DNA from: an uncultured delta proteobacterium
GTDB taxonomy: Bacteria; Myxococcota_A; Polyangia; Polyangiales; Polyangiaceae
Length of the DNA: 64,000 nt
Assembly: GCA_963782055.1 (NCBI GenBank)
Contig: CAWAIF010000002.1
Span: 64,001-128,000, forward strand
Direction: 5' to 3'
Shown here: piece after piece, positions 20,606 to 33,330 of the stretch
Position numbering within the stretch: the first letter of the stretch is position 1
Layout of the letters: each line of letters begins with the position of its first letter
Notes under the pieces: model-generated
The model's database searches: none
Seen by the model: only the letters and a program-made list of their open reading frames with translations
What the model was told of the DNA's origin: nothing
Program-made: the position numbers and the translations under genes

Positions 20606-21021
20606 ATCCGGACCTGCTCGCCGCGGGCGAGGCCGACCATGCTGCCCGCGTTGGGGCGAGCGAGGCGGGCGTCCAGCTCCAGATCGGGCTTGCCACGCTC
20701 CACCCAGGCCACGACGAGGGGCTGCGTCCGCGCGGCGGAGCCGCCGGCGAGCTGCACGAGGCTCACCTCCACGCCGGTGCGCAGCTCCTCCGCCGTGACG
20801 GCGCGCTGAACCGACGCCAGCGGGCGCCCGCGCTCGGGGATCTCCCCGGCCGAGGCCTCGTACGTCTGGACGATGAGCCGCATGGCGCCGGTGGAGACCG
20901 GCTCACCACGGATCTCGGCGCGCACCGTCGCGGCGCCGCTCACTCCGAGCGTGGCGGCGGCGAGCAGGCTCATCCATGAGCCGGCTTGCGAGCGTGTCGG
21001 GGGCACGTTGCGAGGGGACAT
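20581..21021 (-). CDS. Hypothetical protein, possibly exported
   Basis: Codon-biased ORF (MRLIVQTY...SVQRAVTAEELRTGVEVSLV...AWVERGKPDLELD); start at ATG 21021 uncertain. Confidence 0.55.
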   Translation of the reverse strand: MSPRNVPPTRSQAGSWMSLLAAATLGVSGAATVRAEIRGEPVSTGAMRLIVQTYEASAGEIPERGRPLASVQRAVTAEELRTGVEVSLVQLAGGSAARTQPLVVAWVERGKPDLELDARLARPNAGSMVGLARGEQVRIQLARLSG

Positions 21022-21248
21022 CGGCTCAACCAGATGCGAGAGGCGTGCCAAGAGACGTCCGGGCGGCAGGCGGGGAGTCGATCGGGGCCTTTCCCTGGTG
21101 AAATGACGGGAGTCCGCGATCATTCCCTGGATGCGACGGATGGGTGGACCCCTGTCACCCCCGTCACCCATGTCGTGTCCGGGACAGTTGATGTCGCTCG
21201 GGCATCCCGGAATGACACAGCGTGTGTGCGGGCGTCCGGCGCTGCGGG

Positions 21249-22058
21249 TCACGGGACGCAGCCGGAGACCTGGTTGGACCAGAGCTTGGACACAGTCCAC
21301 GCGTCCACGTCCACGACCGCCGGAAGGATGCAGAAGTCGGCGATCTCACCGCCGTTCTTGGGCTGGTCGGCGTCGCTGTACCAGCCGTGGAAGCCGGGGT
21401 CGGTCGCCATCTCCACCAGCTCGTGGGCGATGGCGAAGGAGCTGCGCCCCTTGTCGCACGGAGGCATCACGGCGTACGGCTCCTGGCCGTCGAAGGCGTG
21501 GTAGCCGCTCTCGTCGACGCACGTGCGGAAGGTGTAGGTGCCGCGGGTGCCGAGCGAGACGTTCACCCCTTCGGGCAAGAACACCAGGTACGCCTGCGCC
21601 GGCGGCACCGCCGCCGTGTGAAGCAGCGCGTGGATGCTCTGGTTGAGGTCGAGCGAATCGATGAGTCCCCCGGAGACCTTGCCCTCCATGTCCAGCGCGC
21701 CGAGCGGCACCCGCACGCTGCCGGCGCGCGTCCCTGGCCCCACGCCGTACTCCGTCAGGTGGCCCCAGTACGCCGACCCCAGCATCCAGTCGACGAGACC
21801 GTCGACGCTGGGCGCGCCGCCCTCGCTCGCCTCTCCGACGTACACCACCGTGAGGGTCATCGCCGAGAGCACGTCGCCGTCGTGAGGGGTGACGCGATCG
21901 CCGCCATCGTAGGCGCCCGCGTAGGCGTCGCGCGCGTTGACGCCGTAGGCGTCGGGGCCGGCGTCGACGGGCTCCTCGCCGGGGCCGGCCACCTCGCCGC
22001 CGCAGCCCGCGAGCCCCAGCATCACGCAAGCGAGCACCGCCGGCGGCGTCGACCCCAC
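21249..22058 (-). CDS. Lipoprotein with Phi-1/EXORDIUM-like domain
   Basis: Lipobox LAGC, DAG linker; PHDGDVL, GYH, IAHELVEMATDP, GWY and GGEIADFC motifs; GTG start at 22058. Confidence 0.7.
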   Translation of the reverse strand: MGSTPPAVLACVMLGLAGCGGEVAGPGEEPVDAGPDAYGVNARDAYAGAYDGGDRVTPHDGDVLSAMTLTVVYVGEASEGGAPSVDGLVDWMLGSAYWGHLTEYGVGPGTRAGSVRVPLGALDMEGKVSGGLIDSLDLNQSIHALLHTAAVPPAQAYLVFLPEGVNVSLGTRGTYTFRTCVDESGYHAFDGQEPYAVMPPCDKGRSSFAIAHELVEMATDPGFHGWYSDADQPKNGGEIADFCILPAVVDVDAWTVSKLWSNQVSGCVP

Positions 22059-22165
22059 GCCCCGAGCATGCTCGCGCTCGCCCTCACGGTCGAGGTGCCG
22101 CCCGTCGATCGGTGAGAGCCTCTCCGACAGCGCCCCACCCGGCGACCCGCGGAGGCGAACCCCGC

Positions 22166-24841
<2,676 letters not shown>

Positions 24842-24944
24842 TCATTTCAACCGATTATGCATGCGTCGCCGGGGCAAATCCGCCCGTGATTCCCCGCCCG
24901 CGGGCGCGCCGCGCCGGACACGTCGGGCGAGGCTGCGAGCACCG

Positions 24945-26072
<1,128 letters not shown>

Positions 26073-26088
26073 GACGAGCCGGACGGGC

Positions 26089-27223
26089 TCAGATACGCAT
26101 GGGCATGACGACTGCGAGGAACTGCATGTCGCTCGCCGGTCGGACGACGGCGGGGTCCAGGTCCCCGCTGAGACAGAGCACGACGTCTTCCTCGTCGAGG
26201 GCGCCGAGCACGTCCAGGAAGTACTTGGCGTTGAATCCGATCGTCATGGGAGAACCGGCGTAGTCGACGGGCACCTCATCGGAGCCCTCCCCGCTGTCCG
26301 GCGACTCGCTGGAGATGCGCATCACCGAGGGGCCGATGGAGAGCTTGACCCCCCCGGTGCGCTCGCTCGCCGCGATGGATACTGCCCGCAGGGCATCGGC
26401 GAACGCCGCGCGCGCGACGCGGATCTTCTTCTCGCTGTTCTGCGGGATGACCTGCGCGTACGGGGGAAACTGCGCGTCGACCAGCTTCACGCTGAACGTG
26501 GTGCCTCCCGACTGGAAGAAGGCGCTGGAGCTGCTCTGCGTGATGGAGATCTGAGCCTTCTGGTCCTTGGGGCCGTCGGCCATGACCTCGTCGCAGAGTC
26601 GCCGGAGCTCCTGGATGGCCTTGAGCGGAATGAGCATCGTCGCGGAGGCCTGCCGGCCGGCGACCTTCATCTCCATCTTGGAGAGGCGATGGCCATCGGT
26701 GGACACCATCCGCACCACGTCGCCGTCCCACTCGAAGAGCGCGGAGTTGAGGTGCGCCCGCGTCTCGTCCGTCGAGATGGAGAAGTGCGTCTTGGCGATG
26801 AGCTCGGCCAGCACGTCGACGTCGAGCGCCAGCGTGGGGGCGCCCTCCGCCGGCGCGGGGAGCGGAGGGAAGTCGTCTCCGGCCATGCCGCGCAGGCTGT
26901 AGCGCCGCGCGCTGCCGGCAGCCTTGAGCACCGTCGTGGAGTTCTCCTGCGTCGCGATCTCGGATCGTCCCCTCGGGCATCATCCGCACGCGCTCGAACA
27001 GATCCTTCGCCGGGACGGCGACGCTCCCGCCCTTCTTCACCTCGGCGGGGACTCTCCCGGCTATGGACAGGTACAGGTCGGTCGCCGCGAGCCTTAGGGC
27101 GTTGGGGCCATCCACGGCGAGCAGCACGTTGGAGAGCACCGGCATCGTGCTCTTGCGCTCGGCCACGCCCTGCATTCGCGCCACCAGCTTCAGCAGGTCC
27201 TTCTTCGCGACCGACAGTTCCAT
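26089..27223 (-). CDS. dnaN: DNA polymerase III beta sliding clamp; apparent +1 frameshift at ~26962
   Basis: N-terminal half MELSVAKKDL...TMPVLSNVL...ATDL. Removing one base at GATCTCGGATC (26956-26966) gives PEGTIEIATQENSTTVLK and joins the C-terminal half with STDGHRL, FPPY, GFNAKY and VVMPMRI. Confidence 0.96.
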
Positions 27224-27310
27224 GGGCCTCCCAGTCAACGGCGACCCGCCCACGGGAGGGCCGACCGCTCTGGGCTCGTTTACCAGAATCCCGTTCCGGT
27301 GGCGTGGGCC

Positions 27311-27562
27311 AAATCCACACCGAGGCGTCTCCGGCGCTCCGCTCTCATACAGTGTTAATTTAAAGAAAATAGTGGTGGTGATAGGGCCTGTGGAATGTGG
27401 GGATATCTCGAAAAGGTCAACGAAACCCGACGCTTGGTCTCGGTCGGCCTGTGGGGACAGCGGCTCGCCGGGGCTTGGCGGGGGAGGGACAAACGCCCGA
27501 CCCCGGTTATCCAGAGAGAACCGCGTACCTACATCCCCATCATTGTGGACACCTTTCCCACA
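27311..27562. other. Chromosomal replication origin (oriC): DnaA boxes, DnaA-trios and AT-rich unwinding element
   Basis: DnaA-box-like 9-mers at 27311-27319, 27389-27397, 27396-27404, 27450-27458, 27507-27515, 27544-27552 and 27554-27562. GGCC spacer at 27385-27388, trio-like TAG TGG TGG TGA TAG at 27370-27384, AT-rich TTAATTTAAAGAAAAT at 27355-27370. Lies immediately upstream of dnaN. Confidence 0.85.
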
Positions 27563-27591
27563 CGGGGGAAAGGTGCGCCCGAGGGCCCTCG

Positions 27592-28983
27592 TCAGGCCTC
27601 TCCCGCCTGGGCCTTGCGCGCCAGCCAGCGGGCCAGCTCATCCACCAGCTCCCGGTGGGCGCGCTCGTAGGTCCGGGGGCCGACATCGCCCACAGTCCGT
27701 GCGCGTTCCAGCTGCTCCAGCTCCTCCAGGAGGCGGACCCGCTCCGACTTCTCGGCAGCGGCCTTGCGCTCCCCCTTGCGCTGCAGCGCGAGGTAGATGC
27801 CCAGCGCCACGGCCAGCCCGGCGGCGATGGTGGCGTAGATGCGCCCAGGACCGGGCGTTGGCAGGTCCTGGAGGCTGATGTGGAGCATCCGCATGGGGCG
27901 CTCGCCCTGCCGGAGCTGGCGGCCTGTGACGAGCATGCGGCCCCCTTCCTGGTCGGTCTGGGGCATCGCCGTGGGGAAGCCGTCGACCACCAGCTTCATC
28001 CCCTGCGCGGCGGCGGCCCGGACGGTGAAGGCGGCGGCGTTGGGGGGCGCGCCGATGTCCATGTCCACCTGATGAGTGCCCGCGTACGGCAGCTGCCAGG
28101 AGAAGACGACCATGCTCTCCCCCGGGCCGAACGTGCCGCGAAGCTTCGCCCCGCGGGAGGGGACGGCGTCGACTCCCTGATCGCTCATCTGCTTCTGCGA
28201 GTTGAGCGCGGTAAATTCGGGGGGGAGCGCCAGGATGACGTCGCGAGGCACCCACGCGACGCGCCCGGCGTTGAAGATGCGGACGGCCTCCTGGGCCTGC
28301 ATCCTGTCGTCCTTCATCTCCAGGTAGACGACGCCCTTGCTCACGACGACGACATCGCGCTGGAGGTCGTGCCCCACGGGGTAGACGTGCAGCACCACGT
28401 GGATGCCGTGATCGAGCGGGAGGCGGAAGGGCATGGCGGCGAAGGTGCCGCCGTCCACATCGACGGTGACGCGGTAGGCGATGTTGCTGCCCGTCTGCTT
28501 GCCGGTGAAGATGTCGCGGCCTTCGGCGTCGGTGATGGCGGGGAGGTGCTCGTGCTTCTCTCCCTTGGCGACCGACTGGTGGACGATGGCGAGCGTGAAC
28601 GCCTGGTTCGGCAGCGGCTTGTCGTCGGGATCCCTCAGGTCGACGACGATGGTGCCAGCGGCGAGCTTGGGGTCCTCTTCACTGGTGTCCTTGGGCACCG
28701 TCATGCCGCCGGAGGCTCCGTTCATCGGCGGGTGGCCGGGAGGCAGCGCTGTCGACGACGGCGCGGCGGAGGGGGACGCCGACGCGGAGGTGGACGGCCG
28801 GGCCGTGGCTGCCGCGGCGCCCGACGCGGCTGGTCCTGCCGACGAACGGGGCTTCGCCACCGGGGACGACGTGGATGCGGCGGGAACGGCGGGATGCCCG
28901 GCGGGCAGAGACTGCGCCAGCGCCGGCACCGAGGCCGCGGTGGCGAAGAGCATGGCGACGAGCGCACCGCGGAGGCTCTTCAT
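27592..28983 (-). CDS. Exported membrane-anchored protein in the ccm operon (LPxGHP motifs, carboxypeptidase-regulatory-like beta domain, C-terminal CcmI-like helices)
   Basis: Signal peptide ALA-Q; LPAGHP and LPPGHPP; TDAEGR motif; TM helix followed by RVRLLEELEQLERARTVGDVGPRTYE. Confidence 0.7.
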   Translation of the reverse strand: MKSLRGALVAMLFATAASVPALAQSLPAGHPAVPAASTSSPVAKPRSSAGPAASGAAAATARPSTSASASPSAAPSSTALPPGHPPMNGASGGMTVPKDTSEEDPKLAAGTIVVDLRDPDDKPLPNQAFTLAIVHQSVAKGEKHEHLPAITDAEGRDIFTGKQTGSNIAYRVTVDVDGGTFAAMPFRLPLDHGIHVVLHVYPVGHDLQRDVVVVSKGVVYLEMKDDRMQAQEAVRIFNAGRVAWVPRDVILALPPEFTALNSQKQMSDQGVDAVPSRGAKLRGTFGPGESMVVFSWQLPYAGTHQVDMDIGAPPNAAAFTVRAAAAQGMKLVVDGFPTAMPQTDQEGGRMLVTGRQLRQGERPMRMLHISLQDLPTPGPGRIYATIAAGLAVALGIYLALQRKGERKAAAEKSERVRLLEELEQLERARTVGDVGPRTYERAHRELVDELARWLARKAQAGEA

Positions 28984-29741
28984 GCGTCCGCCTCTTCTCC
29001 AAGGGGCGCTCCACACTTCTTGCAGAACGTCGCGTCGGGCTCGTTGGACGTGGCGCACTTCGCGCATTCCAGTCGTTCGGTGCCGGCCGGAGTGGTCGCG
29101 TCGGGGGAAGGGTCGGAGTCGGCGGCGGGCGTCTGCGGCTCGTCCGGCTCGTCCGGCGCAGGCGCCGGGACGTCCTTCGTCGGCTGGGAGGCGGCTTGCT
29201 TCGCCGCCGCGCCCTTCTTCCCGAGCCCGCGCTTCGCCAGGTGGGCGCGCGCGATCTGCTCCGCCTTCTCCCTGTAGCCATCGATGGCGACGTCCATCTC
29301 CTTCATCAGCACCTTGGCCTGCTCTCGATAGTCGGCGACCAGGTGGTCGTAGTCCTCGTCGTCGATCTTTCCCACGGAGTGCTCCAGCTCCAGGTCCTTC
29401 AGCGAGCGGAGCACGATCCGCTTCTTCTCGGCCGTGGAGCTCGAGCGGCGCATCATGGTGGCCTGCGCCTCGTCCAGTGCGTCGTCGATGGGGGCGTCCC
29501 CAGCGAGCGAGCGCAGGCTCGTCCAGAGCAGCAGGATCGCCCCGAGCAGCATGCCGGTGACCACCACCAGCACCGCCGGGCCGAGGCTGGAGGAGAGCCC
29601 GACCGCGATGGCGCCGAAGAGGGTGAGGAGCGGCAGCCCGATGGCCACACCCCGCGCGAGGAGGCTCTCGGCGTCCGGAGGGGGAGGAGCGACCGGAGGG
29701 GCAGGTGCCGCGGGCTTCGCCTGGCTGCGGGCCTTAGCCAT
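28980..29741 (-). CDS. CcmI-like membrane protein with C-terminal zinc ribbon
   Basis: Two TM helices; KKRIVLRSLKDLELEHSVGKIDDEDY; CAKCATSNEPDATFCKKCG. Confidence 0.7.
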   Translation of the reverse strand: MAKARSQAKPAAPAPPVAPPPPDAESLLARGVAIGLPLLTLFGAIAVGLSSSLGPAVLVVVTGMLLGAILLLWTSLRSLAGDAPIDDALDEAQATMMRRSSSTAEKKRIVLRSLKDLELEHSVGKIDDEDYDHLVADYREQAKVLMKEMDVAIDGYREKAEQIARAHLAKRGLGKKGAAAKQAASQPTKDVPAPAPDEPDEPQTPAADSDPSPDATTPAGTERLECAKCATSNEPDATFCKKCGAPLGEEADA

Positions 29742-32730
29742 CGAGATCCCGGAGCTCCTCGTCCAGGCGATCGTCGTAGGCGTCGCGCTCGGCGCGCGTC
29801 GTCGACTTGGCTTTCGTCCCCGCGAAGCGCTTCGCCTCGCGGGCGGCGCCGCCGGCTTGCCACTTGCGGATCATCCGGACGACGCCGAACCCGCCTGCGG
29901 CGATGGCCACGAGGGGGACGGCGTAGATGGCGCGCATGGCCCCCTTGTTGGGCGGGACGGCGAGCGAGTCTTCCCCGTACTGCTTCTCGTACTCCAGGAT
30001 GATCTGATCGTTGGTCTCCCCGGCGGCGAACTTCTCTCGGATGGCGTCCCGAGCTTCCTCGGCCGTCTCGCACGTGCACGTCGAGAGCAGATCGCGCGCG
30101 CAGGTGCCGCACATGCACCGGAGCGCGCCGAACACCGCGCGCTCCCGGGCGTTGCGGATCTGCACCGTGCCGGTGTCCTCGTGCATCGTTTTTGTGGGCG
30201 TCTGCGCCCACGCTGGCGCAGGGAGCGCCGCGAGGACGATGCCTATCGTCACGCTCGCCGCGACGGCGGCGCCGGTACGACCGAAGGCCCACAGGCGAGA
30301 CTCGGCAGGCTGGAGCTCCGGCCACATGCAGACGATGCTCCCGAAGATGAGGATGATCGCCCCGAGCCAGATCCACGAAACCAGCGGGTTCACGTGCACC
30401 TGGAAGGACGCGACCTTCGTCTGCGGGTTGATGCTCCCGACGACGAGGTACAGGTCGTCGCGGATGGAGTGCATCATCGACACCTCTGTCGTCGGCGACT
30501 CGGGCATCTTCTTGTAGATGAACTTCGCCGGGGAGGCGATGCCGAGGGAGGTGCCGCCCTTCGTCACCTTGAGGTCGGCGAAGACCATCCGCTTGGTGTT
30601 GTCCACCTCCATGCGCGGGCCGAGGTACTCCAGCGTGTAGCCCTCGACCTGGTAGGTGTCGTGCGGAGACATGGACGTCTCGCGGTCGACCGTCCACGAC
30701 TTGCCGGTGAAGCCGATGAAGGCCATCACGATGCCGAAGTGGACGATGTAGCCGCCGTAACGGCGGCGCGAGGTGTGCGGGAGGGTGACCAGCGTGTAGA
30801 TCAGGTACGGCCCGCCCAGCGCCACGAGCGAGGCGCCGATCGAGACCGCCACGAGCGCCGACCTGGAGGGGAAGGAGTGCCGCATCAGCACCACCCCGGT
30901 GAGGGTGACGGCGGCGAGCGCCCCGCCCAGGCCGAGCAGCCAGCCGGAGCCCTTCGACGCGCCGCTGCGCTGGCGCGAGCGGAAGAGCATGACGTACTCC
31001 TGCACGATGATCGTCGCGTTGAAGACGACGAGCGAGAAGCCCATGACGGGCGTGAAGGCGTTGAACGCCCGCAGCGCCTTGCCGAGCGGCCCGCCGTAGA
31101 TCGGGTCGGACCACACGACGGCCGGGAAGCCCACCGCCTTGCCGATGAGGAAGTGCAGGATGATCGCGAGACCCATGGCGGACAGCGGGATGGTGAACGC
31201 CCGCTTGAGCGCGCCGGGGCTCGTCTTCTTCCACCCGAAGAGCGTGCCGATGCCCATCAGGGCGAAGATGGTCAGGGCGATGGGCTGCACCCAGGCGTTG
31301 TAGTAGGGCGGTCCGACGGTGACCTTCTCCCCGCCGAGCGCCTCGGTGAGCATGGGGAAGGTGGTCGCCACGAGCACGAAGGACATGAACCCCATGAGCG
31401 CCCAGTTGTTCAGCAAGAAGGTGAACTCGCGGGACCAGATGGACTCGATCTCCGGGCGGGTGGACTGGAAGCCGAGCGGCTGCGTCATCCGGCGGTAGAC
31501 GATCTCGATGCCGGTGTAGGTGGCCGCGCCGACGATGCCGGCGTCCAGGAGGACCTGCACCGCCGAGGTGACGGGGAGCTTGCTCAGCGCCCAGATCCCC
31601 GGGGCGCAGATGCCGAGCATGACGTAGCCGGTGGTGAGCGCGGCGATGCGCAGCTTGTGGACGTACGCGCGCGCCTGCGACGAGGGGAGGTCCTCCGGCG
31701 CTTCCAGGTTACGGAGCTCCGGCCAGCGGTACAGGATGAGGGAGAAGGCGAAGACCGCGAGGATGACCAGGAAGTAGACGAAGTACGTCCCGATGCTGGA
31801 CTGCGCGAAGGAGTGCACGCTGGCGATGGCGCCCGACCGTGTGAGGAAGGTGCCGAAGATGGTGAGGAAGAACGTCAGGCATATGAGCGCGACGTTCCAC
31901 ACGCGGAGCAGGCCTCGCCGCTCCTGGATCATCACCGAGTGGACGTAGGCGCTGGCCGTGAGGAAGGGCAAGAACGCCGCGTTCTCCACCGGGTCCCACG
32001 CCCAGTACCCGCCCCAGCCGAGCTCCTCGTAGGCCCAGAGCATGCCGAGGGTGTTGCCGATGGCGAGGAACATCCACGCGAAGAGGGTCCACTTGCGGCT
32101 GGCGACGATCCACTCCGAGTCCAGCCGCCCCGTGACGAGCGCCGCCACGGCGAAGGCGAAGGGCACGGTGCACCCGACGAAGCCGGTGTAGAGGCTCGGC
32201 GGGTGGATGATCATGTAGAAGTTCTGCAACAGGGGGTTGAGGCCCTCGCCGTCCACCTTGGCCCCGCCGATGCTCGTGGCGAAGGGGTTGGCGGAGAAGG
32301 TCATCAGGATGCAGAAGAAGAGGACCACGGCCATCAGCGTGGCGATGATGTACGGCTGCAGCTCCAGGTACCGGTTACCCAGCCACTTCACGCACGCGCC
32401 GATGTAGACGCTCAGCAGGAAGGTCCACCAGAGGAGCGAGCCGTCCTGCCCGCCCCAGAGGGCCGTGAGCAGGTAGCCGACGGACATCGACCGGTCGGAG
32501 TAGTGGGAGACGTACCGGACGCGGAAGTCGTGGCTGACGAAGGCGTAGGCGAGGCAGAGCACCGCGACCGCGATGAGGCCGACCGTGCCGTACGCCCCGT
32601 AACGCGCGGCCTGCAGCGTGCGCACGCGGCCAGACGACCCCGCCGCCAGGGCGACGGCGAAGGTGTAGCTCGCGGCGAGCATGACGCAGAGGAGCAGCGC
32701 GCTGCCGAACAGGGGGAATGTATTCCACAT
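29734..32730 (-). CDS. ccmF: Cytochrome c biogenesis heme lyase CcmF fused to a CcmH-like domain
   Basis: WGGQDGSLL, GLNPLLQN, HPP, WWD motif WAYEELGWGGYWAWDPVENA, FGTFLTRSG, SVHSFA, NPLVSWIW. C-terminal LRCMCGTC...CTCETA...IREKFAAG...YGEDSLAVPP is CcmH-like. Confidence 0.92.
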   Translation of the reverse strand: MWNTFPLFGSALLLCVMLAASYTFAVALAAGSSGRVRTLQAARYGAYGTVGLIAVAVLCLAYAFVSHDFRVRYVSHYSDRSMSVGYLLTALWGGQDGSLLWWTFLLSVYIGACVKWLGNRYLELQPYIIATLMAVVLFFCILMTFSANPFATSIGGAKVDGEGLNPLLQNFYMIIHPPSLYTGFVGCTVPFAFAVAALVTGRLDSEWIVASRKWTLFAWMFLAIGNTLGMLWAYEELGWGGYWAWDPVENAAFLPFLTASAYVHSVMIQERRGLLRVWNVALICLTFFLTIFGTFLTRSGAIASVHSFAQSSIGTYFVYFLVILAVFAFSLILYRWPELRNLEAPEDLPSSQARAYVHKLRIAALTTGYVMLGICAPGIWALSKLPVTSAVQVLLDAGIVGAATYTGIEIVYRRMTQPLGFQSTRPEIESIWSREFTFLLNNWALMGFMSFVLVATTFPMLTEALGGEKVTVGPPYYNAWVQPIALTIFALMGIGTLFGWKKTSPGALKRAFTIPLSAMGLAIILHFLIGKAVGFPAVVWSDPIYGGPLGKALRAFNAFTPVMGFSLVVFNATIIVQEYVMLFRSRQRSGASKGSGWLLGLGGALAAVTLTGVVLMRHSFPSRSALVAVSIGASLVALGGPYLIYTLVTLPHTSRRRYGGYIVHFGIVMAFIGFTGKSWTVDRETSMSPHDTYQVEGYTLEYLGPRMEVDNTKRMVFADLKVTKGGTSLGIASPAKFIYKKMPESPTTEVSMMHSIRDDLYLVVGSINPQTKVASFQVHVNPLVSWIWLGAIILIFGSIVCMWPELQPAESRLWAFGRTGAAVAASVTIGIVLAALPAPAWAQTPTKTMHEDTGTVQIRNARERAVFGALRCMCGTCARDLLSTCTCETAEEARDAIREKFAAGETNDQIILEYEKQYGEDSLAVPPNKGAMRAIYAVPLVAIAAGGFGVVRMIRKWQAGGAAREAKRFAGTKAKSTTRAERDAYDDRLDEELRDLDG

Positions 32731-32781
32731 GAGTTGGGGGGACCTCGGGTGGGGAGTGTAGCTCACGAAGCACGCGCTACA

Positions 32782-33330
32782 ATGCGCGCGGTGCGGTTGA
32801 TCGGACTCTTCTTTCTGGCGTGCACGGCGTGCGGCGCGAGCACGCGCGCGCTGCCCGACGACGTGATGCCTCTGCCCGGCTCGAGCGCTGCGCCGCTGCC
32901 CGTGCTCGCCACGGCAGAGCGTCCCGACGCGGGCGGAGGCCGTATCGCCGAGCTCTCCGACTCCGCCGATGAGCCCGCGCCGCGCTGCGCGGCTCGTGTG
33001 CGGCGTCTTGCCGCGGACCACGTGGTGGTGGGGCGGAGCATGCTCTCTCTCCTCCGTCGCGAGCGCAGCGCCTCGATGGGCCCCCGCGTCGACCCGAAGA
33101 CGCAGCAGATCGACGGGCTGCTCATCGAGTCGCTGGAGCCCGGCTCGTGCCTGGTGGCGCTCGGCTTCCTGCCGGGGGACGTGCTGGTGTCCCTCAACGG
33201 GATCCCCATCGACGGCGTGCCCTCGCTCATGCGAGCGTACGCGTCCGTGCAGAAGGACGGGTCGGCGCTGGTGACGCTGGAGCGGCGCGGGACCACCCTG
33301 CGCGTGCTGTACGAGATCGACTCTCGGTGA
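32782..33330 (+). CDS. Lipoprotein with GspC-like PDZ domain
   Basis: Lipobox LAC/TAC; IDGLLIESLEPGS..ALGFLPGDVLVSLNG...VTLERRG is PDZ. The true start may be GTG 32791. Confidence 0.75.
   Translation: MRAVRLIGLFFLACTACGASTRALPDDVMPLPGSSAAPLPVLATAERPDAGGGRIAELSDSADEPAPRCAARVRRLAADHVVVGRSMLSLLRRERSASMGPRVDPKTQQIDGLLIESLEPGSCLVALGFLPGDVLVSLNGIPIDGVPSLMRAYASVQKDGSALVTLERRGTTLRVLYEIDSR

Noticed and set aside
26089..27223. dnaN (and aroKB, bioF, first lipoprotein) as pseudogenes or programmed frameshifts
   Set aside because: Each has a single +1 indel at GATC with both halves otherwise intact, dnaN is essential and there is no slippery run; sequencing error is the simpler explanation.
27224..27591. 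dnaA or a small CDS upstream of dnaN (ORFs 27063..27878, 27395..27670)
   Set aside because: No AAA+ or DnaA motifs and poor codon bias; the region is better explained as oriC.
29434..33330. 1298-aa plus-strand ORF and other long antisense ORFs (22112..24706, 37136..40645, 40522..44373, 50843..54193)
   Set aside because: Shadow ORFs expected from high GC3 opposite real genes; no motifs. Only the last 182 aa of 29434..33330 (PDZ lipoprotein) are real.
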